Source: Geopsychrobacteraceae bacterium
Lineage (GTDB): Bacteria > Desulfobacterota > Desulfuromonadia > Desulfuromonadales > Geopsychrobacteraceae
DNA: 64,000 bases
Assembly: GCA_963676795.2 (NCBI GenBank)
Contig: CAXXTB010000002.1
Location: 2,080,001 to 2,144,000, forward strand
Direction: 5' to 3'
Position 1 is the stretch's first letter. The number at the start of each line of letters is the position of its first letter. Below the pieces are notes generated by a model. It was not told the origin of the DNA. It made no database searches and saw only the letters and a list, made by a program, of their open reading frames with translations. This document shows positions 58,169-64,000 of this stretch, one piece after another. The translations under genes and the position numbers were made by a program.

Positions 58169-60871
58169 ATGAGTAAAAAGATGCTGATCAACGCATCGCA
58201 TCCGGAAGAAAACCGGGTCGCGATCGTTGTCGACGGCATTCTCAGTGAACTCGACATTGAGATTGCCGGCCAGGAACAGACCAAGGGAAATATCTACAAA
58301 GCGGTTGTCGTCCGGGTTGAAACCGGCCTTCAGGCGGCCTTTATCGATTACGGTGCCGAAAAACTCGGTTTCCTTCAGATCGGCGAAATCCACCCCAGCT
58401 ACTATCCCCCCAAAGAAGAAGGTAAGGACCGCCCCCGCATTACCGACCTGCTGCGCCGCGGTCAGGAAATTCTGGTCCAGATCGTCAAGGAAGAACGTGG
58501 CAACAAGGGAGCCGCGCTGACCACCTTCCTCTCCCTGCCGGGACGCTACATGGTCCTCATGCCCGACAGCACAACCAAAGGGGTATCGAGAAAGATCATG
58601 GATGATTCAGAGCGCAAAAGCCTGAAAAAAACCATGGCTGAGCTCGACCTGCCGGAACAGATGGGCTACATCGTCCGTACCGCCGGCATCGGCAAGGACA
58701 AGGAAGAGCTCAAACGAGACTTCGACTACCTGGTCCGCCTCTATGAGGGAATCAACGCGCGCAAGGATCAGGTCAAGGCCCCGAGCCAGCTCTACCAGGA
58801 ATCAAATCTGGTGATCCGCTCCATCCGTGACTACTTCACGACCGACATGGACGAAGTCCTGATTGATGACGCCAGGATCTTCCAGGAGGCCAAGGACTTT
58901 TTCGCCCTGGTCATGCCGGAACTCGGCCACCTGGTCAAACGCCACCGGGAACGGCGACCGATCTTTTCGCGCTATCAGATTGAAGAGCAGATCGACGGGC
59001 TGGCCAAAAACCAGACCGCCCTCCCCTCAGGGGGATCGATCGTCATCGACCAGACAGAAGCCCTGGTCGCAATCGACGTCAACTCCGGGAAGATGTCGAG
59101 TGAAAGCGGCATCGAAGCGACCGCCCTGCGCACCAACCTTGAAGCCGCAGCCGAAGTCGGCCGTCAGCTCAGATTGCGCGATTTAGGCGGATTGATCGTC
59201 ATCGACTTCATCGATATGCGCGATCGCAAAAATGTCCGTGAAGTTGAAATCGCCCTGAAAAAAGCCCTCAAAAACGATAAGGCCAAGGTTTCCGTCGGCC
59301 GTATCAGCCAGTTCGGCCTGATGGAGATGAGCCGTCAGCGTCTGAAGCCGGTCTTGAGCGTCGGCGCTTTCCATACCTGCCCGCACTGCCAAGGGATCGG
59401 CAAGGTCAAGAGTGTCGAAGCACAGGCGATCAACTTCTTGCGTCAGGCCCATACTGCTGCGTCAAAAGGCAACGTCGAACGCATAGAGGCGCGGGTGCCA
59501 TTCGAAGTCGCCAACTATCTGCTCAACCAGAAGCGCACGACCATCATCGATCTCGAAAAGCAGCTCGGACTGGAGATTGCCATCATCGGTAGAGACGATA
59601 TGCGTCCGGGTGAGATCGAAGTCGAGCAGCTTAAAAAAGAGAGGACGGCCACTCAGGCTCAGGACAACGCGCCGGTGTCTCACTCGAACCAGATTGAGTT
59701 TGCCCTCGCTGCAGTGAAGAACGATGAAGAGTCGGCCTCCAGTGAAGAGACGACCGAGATCGATGAGCCAGACGAAGCGTCTGCAATCGAAACATCTGCA
59801 CTCGAAGAGGCTCCCAGCGAAACACCAAAAAAACGCAAACGGCGGCGCAGAAGAAAGCCTTCCGCCAAGAAGGAACAGACGGATGTAAATCTGGCCAGAG
59901 AGGAAGCAGGCACTGAAGAATCTGCTGGCTCGCCAAGTGAAGTCGCGAGCGAAGAGCAGCGCGTTCCAGGCGAACAGCCGGCATCTGTCGATTCTCCGGT
60001 TTCAGAGAGCGAATACAACTCCGAGACAGAGACGGCCAAGCCAAAATCCAGAAATCGGCGCAGCAGAAGAAAGCCACGTCCTAATACGGAAGAGGCCCAA
60101 CCTGCAGAATCGCCAGTTGTCTCTGCCGACACTCCGAGCAGTACCGACCCAGTCCAGAGCATAGCTGCTGCCCCTCAGCCCACCGCCAACCAGGGACAAC
60201 CGGGTCCTGAGGCAGCGGCAACGGCAGCCGTACTGCCGGTAGCCAGCCAGGAGCCTGCAACACCACAGGAAGTCGCGGGGACCGAAAGCAGAACTGAAGA
60301 TTCTGCCGAGAAAAAACCGGCGCCAAAACGGCCACGTAGAACATCTGCAGCAAAGAAAGCTGCAGAGAAGACCGAAACTCCGGCTGAAGCCGCCCCTGCT
60401 GAAAACGCCCCAGCGGTTGCAATACCAGGCTCAGACAAGACGGAAGTGCCGGCTGCCAAAAGAACACGCCGCCCGCGTGCCAAGGCAAAGGAAAACTCAG
60501 CGACCGCTGAGTTGGCAGCGCCAACAACTGACGCAAGTGCACAACCAGAGCAGAGCAGCTCAACAGGCCAGGCTGCGGCAGCGGCCCCCGAACAGGTTGA
60601 GGAAAAACCGAAACCGGCCCGGAAACCGAGAAAAACAGCTGCCCAAAAAGCAGCTGAAGAAACCGCGGCTCAAGATCAACCTGAACCGGGCAGCGAAACG
60701 TCAGACCAGCAAAAATCACCGGCGAAACCGCGCAGAACGAGGAAACCCGCAGCTCCAAAAGCGGACACGGCTGGAAGTGACGAGGGACAGAAAGAAGCGC
60801 CTAAAAAGCGCACCAGAAGAACGACAAAGAAAGCTGCCGACACAGCAGCGGCTCCAGAAGAGCCGACCTGA
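58169..60871 (+). CDS. rne: Ribonuclease E/G with long disordered C-terminus
   Basis: GNIYK, AAFIDYG, KEERGNKGA, IDVNSG, RLRDLGGLIVIDFIDM, CPHCQG. The Ala/Glu/Lys/Pro-rich tail has basic repeats. Confidence 0.95.
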   Translation: MSKKMLINASHPEENRVAIVVDGILSELDIEIAGQEQTKGNIYKAVVVRVETGLQAAFIDYGAEKLGFLQIGEIHPSYYPPKEEGKDRPRITDLLRRGQEILVQIVKEERGNKGAALTTFLSLPGRYMVLMPDSTTKGVSRKIMDDSERKSLKKTMAELDLPEQMGYIVRTAGIGKDKEELKRDFDYLVRLYEGINARKDQVKAPSQLYQESNLVIRSIRDYFTTDMDEVLIDDARIFQEAKDFFALVMPELGHLVKRHRERRPIFSRYQIEEQIDGLAKNQTALPSGGSIVIDQTEALVAIDVNSGKMSSESGIEATALRTNLEAAAEVGRQLRLRDLGGLIVIDFIDMRDRKNVREVEIALKKALKNDKAKVSVGRISQFGLMEMSRQRLKPVLSVGAFHTCPHCQGIGKVKSVEAQAINFLRQAHTAASKGNVERIEARVPFEVANYLLNQKRTTIIDLEKQLGLEIAIIGRDDMRPGEIEVEQLKKERTATQAQDNAPVSHSNQIEFALAAVKNDEESASSEETTEIDEPDEASAIETSALEEAPSETPKKRKRRRRRKPSAKKEQTDVNLAREEAGTEESAGSPSEVASEEQRVPGEQPASVDSPVSESEYNSETETAKPKSRNRRSRRKPRPNTEEAQPAESPVVSADTPSSTDPVQSIAAAPQPTANQGQPGPEAAATAAVLPVASQEPATPQEVAGTESRTEDSAEKKPAPKRPRRTSAAKKAAEKTETPAEAAPAENAPAVAIPGSDKTEVPAAKRTRRPRAKAKENSATAELAAPTTDASAQPEQSSSTGQAAAAAPEQVEEKPKPARKPRKTAAQKAAEETAAQDQPEPGSETSDQQKSPAKPRRTRKPAAPKADTAGSDEGQKEAPKKRTRRTTKKAADTAAAPEEPT

Positions 60872-60933
60872 TAAACCAGCAGCCTTTTATCAGCCACAAA
60901 CAACAGGCCACGCGATGCTGCCCTGAAGCATAG

Positions 60934-60969
60934 CAAAAAGGCCCCCCTGTTTCCAGGGGGGCCTTTTTG
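60934..60969. terminator. Bidirectional rho-independent terminator
   Basis: CAAAAAGGCCCCCCTG...CAGGGGGGCCTTTTTG. Confidence 0.9.
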
Positions 60970-60991
60970 GTTTAGCGATGTTGCCTCTATA

Positions 60992-62140
60992 TCAAGCCGC
61001 CTTGTTGGCAGCGAACTTGGTTTTGTACTCGGTCAGCACCTCGCGAACCAGCGCCTCATCGACACAGATCTGCCAGTCGCCATCCGGGTTTAAGCACTTG
61101 CCCAGTTTTTCAAGGACAACATACTTGACCCCTTTGACTGTCTTCTTGTTGTCGGCCAGGATGGTCGCCATGATCTGATCAACGCTGATATCCTCCGGAA
61201 TGGCCAGATCCAGCCCGAGCTTGTCACCGAAATACCTGTAGTGCATCGCCACCTCTTCATCATTGAGATAGCCCAGTCGCCGGGAGATCTCAGCCGCAAT
61301 ACACATCCCCTTGGCTACCGCGATGCCGTGAGCGATCTTGCCGCCGGAGAAGAACTCCATGGCATGACCGAAGGTGTGACCATACTCCAGGGTCATACCG
61401 AAGGCTTTCTCAGAGGTATCCTGAGCCAGGATCTCCAACTTCGACTGGATAATGGTGTAAGCCAGCTCGGTCAGCTGCTTCGGATCCAGGTTGTCGACAT
61501 CGATCTCCAGGAAGCTGTCGTAGAAGTTCAAAAGCTCAGCATCGTTGATCAGGCAGTTCTTGATCCCTTCCGCAATCGCTGACTTACGACCGACAACACT
61601 CTCGGTGGCCAGGTACTTGGTATCACCGAAGATGAAGATCGGCGCGTAGTACATGCCGTACTGGTTCTTCCCCTGCTTGCCGTTGACCGCCTGCTTGTTG
61701 CTCAGGCAGCTGTCGGTCACGCCCATGAAGGTGGTCGGCATCTCGATGTAACGGATCCCGCGGTAGACCAGACCCGCAGCCAGGCCGACAATGTTGGTCA
61801 GGCAGCCGCCACCGAAACCGATGACGATCGAGCCCTTGGTCACGGTCTTGGCAACCAGTTCCTCACACAAGCCTTCCAGCGTGGTAAACGACTTGTCCTT
61901 CTCCGAGTCCTTGATGACGATCACGTCATGCTTGATGTTGTTCGCAGCAAAGATCGCCGAGATCTCCGGAACGTAAAGATCGTTCAGAACCTGGTTGGTG
62001 ACGAAGAAGACCTTGTCGAAGGAGGTCTGGTTGATCAGGGTCGCCAGCTGGTCGATGATATCGTGGCCGAAGTAGTAGGTCGGATCAGGAACCAGGTTGG
62101 TTTTGAAATCGATCATCTTTTTGGTTTCGAATTGATACAT
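60992..62140 (-). CDS. Sugar-phosphate cyclase, 2-deoxy-scyllo-inosose synthase (BtrC)-like
   Basis: DHQS fold with GGGCLTN, DSCLSNKQAVN, GKN and LEYGHTFGHA. These resemble DOI synthases more than AroB. Confidence 0.75.
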   Translation of the reverse strand: MYQFETKKMIDFKTNLVPDPTYYFGHDIIDQLATLINQTSFDKVFFVTNQVLNDLYVPEISAIFAANNIKHDVIVIKDSEKDKSFTTLEGLCEELVAKTVTKGSIVIGFGGGCLTNIVGLAAGLVYRGIRYIEMPTTFMGVTDSCLSNKQAVNGKQGKNQYGMYYAPIFIFGDTKYLATESVVGRKSAIAEGIKNCLINDAELLNFYDSFLEIDVDNLDPKQLTELAYTIIQSKLEILAQDTSEKAFGMTLEYGHTFGHAMEFFSGGKIAHGIAVAKGMCIAAEISRRLGYLNDEEVAMHYRYFGDKLGLDLAIPEDISVDQIMATILADNKKTVKGVKYVVLEKLGKCLNPDGDWQICVDEALVREVLTEYKTKFAANKAA

Positions 62141-62253
62141 ATGCGTACCTCCTTGTGCGTGACTGTTAGCGCAACGAGCGTAGAAAGCGAAAGCGGCAGT
62201 GCTCAGTTGCGTACTTTGTGTTTCGGATAAAGCAACACTTGTGCTGTAAGTGA

Positions 62254-62282
62254 AATATAGGCAAGAGCTAATTTTGAGTCAA
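62254..62282 (-). promoter_or_regulatory. Sigma70 promoter of the cyclase gene
   Basis: Minus strand TTGACT-N17-TATATT. Confidence 0.7.
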
Positions 62283-62526
62283 GGAAAAAAATGACGTTTA
62301 CTTGATAAAAAAGATGGTGGTTCAAAAGAGTTGAATATTTTCAGGGGTTATGGATTTTCCGATGAAGCAAAAAAAGATTGCAGAGAGGTAAGTTGCTGAG
62401 AATTAACGGGTTTACTGTTATCTCACTAACCCATCGCCGTGCCATGTTGAGTAAGTTGGGTAACAAATACACAGAGAATTGAAGAAAGATGATGACTGGG
62501 TTGGGTTCTGCACCGGCAGTGCACAG

Positions 62527-62542
62527 CCCCCCCCCCCCCCCC
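62527..62542. repeat. C16 homopolymer (G16 on minus strand)
   Basis: Sixteen consecutive C, 6 nt from the dynamin-like stop codon. Confidence 0.9.
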
Positions 62543-62548
62543 TTTGCC

Positions 62549-64000
62549 CTATGACTGAATCGAGTCGGCAGAATTGAGAATCTGAAGAAGATGTTCAAGC
62601 TCTTTACAAGCAGCTGAGAGTTGACCGATTTTCGGAGCAGCATGAATGGACAGCCCGTCCTTTTTTTGAAGAGCAATCTGCATGGCCTGATGAATCGCCT
62701 CGAGCGCCTTATCTAGCTGCTCAGTCAACTGCTGATTATATTTACGGAAACTCTCAGCGACGCCCTGGCTGAGCGCCCAGTTGATCTGTTCAACGTTCTG
62801 GCCAACAAGCCGCAAAGATTCCTCACGCAAACGCTTGACAGTTCTTTTATGACGAAAACTCTTACGGAACAGCTTGCGTGCGAGACGTTGTCCCAGGGGA
62901 TCCATATCCGAGATAAACAGGTCATCGCTCCAGCCGGGCGGATCAAAAGAGACAAGAACCTGCCCGGTCACAGGAGCCTGGTAAGGGATCTGGAAAATCT
63001 CGGCTGCAGTTTTGCGTAAATCACCGAGAATCCGGTTACAGCGTTGTTGGTGGATATGGAGTAAATCCTCGGCAGACCTGTGGATAATGGTCGCCACCCT
63101 TTTCATCTCACGGGCAAAGAAAAGTGCAAAATGGTCGTTGAGACTCTCACGGACCCTGCGTTCCATCTCTTCGGTATCCCCAATTGCCAGATAGAACTCT
63201 TCAAGAGGCTTAAGCAAACGCTCCTTGGCCAGAGACCGGACATTTTCAACCTCGGCCGTCAATTGATTTTTGATCCGCTTGACATCCCCGGCCAGAACGT
63301 CGGCAGTCGCCAGTTTCTCGCGCTCGAAGAGCGGCAGATAGTGCTGGAATTCCGAGATCTTCTGCTTCAGATCCTGCTCCGGCAACATGATCGCCTTAAG
63401 CTGCAGCTGCAGCTGCAACTGCAGTTGACTGAGCTGGTCAATCAGCCGCAGGCGTAGCGACTGGTGCAGAACATCTGGCTTGTCACGGACCAGAAAATCG
63501 ATCAGATCACTACGGAACAGCTCCATACCGCTCTGACGCCAGAGGTCGGAATCATGATCCTGCCTCGCTTTCAGCCCCTGCAGAGCAGAAAGAGACAGAA
63601 CCTTCGGGACCACATCAACGACAACTTCCAGTTGCTGAACAAGAAAATCGACAGAGGCCTTGATCTGGGAAGGGGAGAACAAATCAATCTTGTTCATGAC
63701 AAAAAAGGTTTTGGGGAGTTTCTGGCGGATCTGCCTGAGATAGTCGATCTCATTTTCTGTTATGGGTGGATCAGGGGAAACCAGGAACAATGCCGCATCG
63801 CACTGGGCAAGCACCCGAAACGCAACTTCGGTATTGTGTCTGAACGTCGAACCAACCCCCGGGGTGTCGATCAATACGACTCCCTGGCTCAGGAAATCAG
63901 CAGGATGGCCGATCTCAACCCGTTCAACCTGCAGCTGATTGTCCGGGTTACCGCCCTCGGTTACGAAACGGTTAAGAAAGCTGGCCAGCGTCTGCCCATC
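62549..64000 (-). CDS. Bacterial dynamin-like GTPase (5' end outside the window)
   Basis: The frame is open to 64000: FVTEGGNPDN...LIDTPGVGS (G3), NKID (G4), LSA, then a long helical stalk. Confidence 0.85.
   Translation of the reverse strand, partial: DGQTLASFLNRFVTEGGNPDNQLQVERVEIGHPADFLSQGVVLIDTPGVGSTFRHNTEVAFRVLAQCDAALFLVSPDPPITENEIDYLRQIRQKLPKTFFVMNKIDLFSPSQIKASVDFLVQQLEVVVDVVPKVLSLSALQGLKARQDHDSDLWRQSGMELFRSDLIDFLVRDKPDVLHQSLRLRLIDQLSQLQLQLQLQLKAIMLPEQDLKQKISEFQHYLPLFEREKLATADVLAGDVKRIKNQLTAEVENVRSLAKERLLKPLEEFYLAIGDTEEMERRVRESLNDHFALFFAREMKRVATIIHRSAEDLLHIHQQRCNRILGDLRKTAAEIFQIPYQAPVTGQVLVSFDPPGWSDDLFISDMDPLGQRLARKLFRKSFRHKRTVKRLREESLRLVGQNVEQINWALSQGVAESFRKYNQQLTEQLDKALEAIHQAMQIALQKKDGLSIHAAPKIGQLSAACKELEHLLQILNSADSIQS

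Noticed and set aside
59700..60871. Repetitive basic/acidic segments in the rne 3' half as a separate repeat element
   Set aside because: They are in frame and typical of the disordered RNase E scaffold; there are no exact DNA repeats.
1..64000. CRISPR array, tRNA/rRNA, integrase, transposase or prophage
   Set aside because: I saw no regularly spaced repeats, cloverleaf or rRNA signatures, or recombinase or phage ORFs. A by-eye reading could miss short degenerate remnants.

Overview
A 64-kb chromosomal window of mostly housekeeping genes. Gene content and style suggest an anaerobic Desulfobacterota/deltaproteobacterium of the Desulfuromonadales type (inference). Recognisable genes include comEC (partial), fbp, pepN, dcd, ilvA, a radical SAM/DUF4130 pair, cydAB with a one-base frameshift in cydB, YgiQ, dfx, fhs, a TraB-rhomboid-ybaK-sirtuin-sirtuin cluster, nadC-birA-coaX-fusA-like-SPOR-hypothetical-mog, a hybrid kinase/HD-GYP pair, livKHMGF, an ABC-F protein, rne and a partial dynamin-like gene. 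I saw no prophage, transposase, CRISPR array, rRNA or tRNA. Items missing from the ORF track: an HesB-like selenoprotein with an in-frame UGA and a candidate SECIS (14232-14513), a 28-aa membrane peptide after cydB, a probable 6S RNA (22864-23049), two diverged copies of a ~145-bp structured MITE-like repeat (10038-10182 and 45119-45264), a REP/CIR-like element, and an 18-bp perfect palindrome next to a DnaA-box-like array between convergent genes. Protein-level highlights are a stand-alone 2-deoxy-scyllo-inosose-synthase-like cyclase with no aminoglycoside genes beside it, and a membrane HAMP-GGDEF carrying the Hypr (3',3'-cGAMP synthase) Asp-to-Ser signature. All family calls come from reading motifs by eye; no searches were run.
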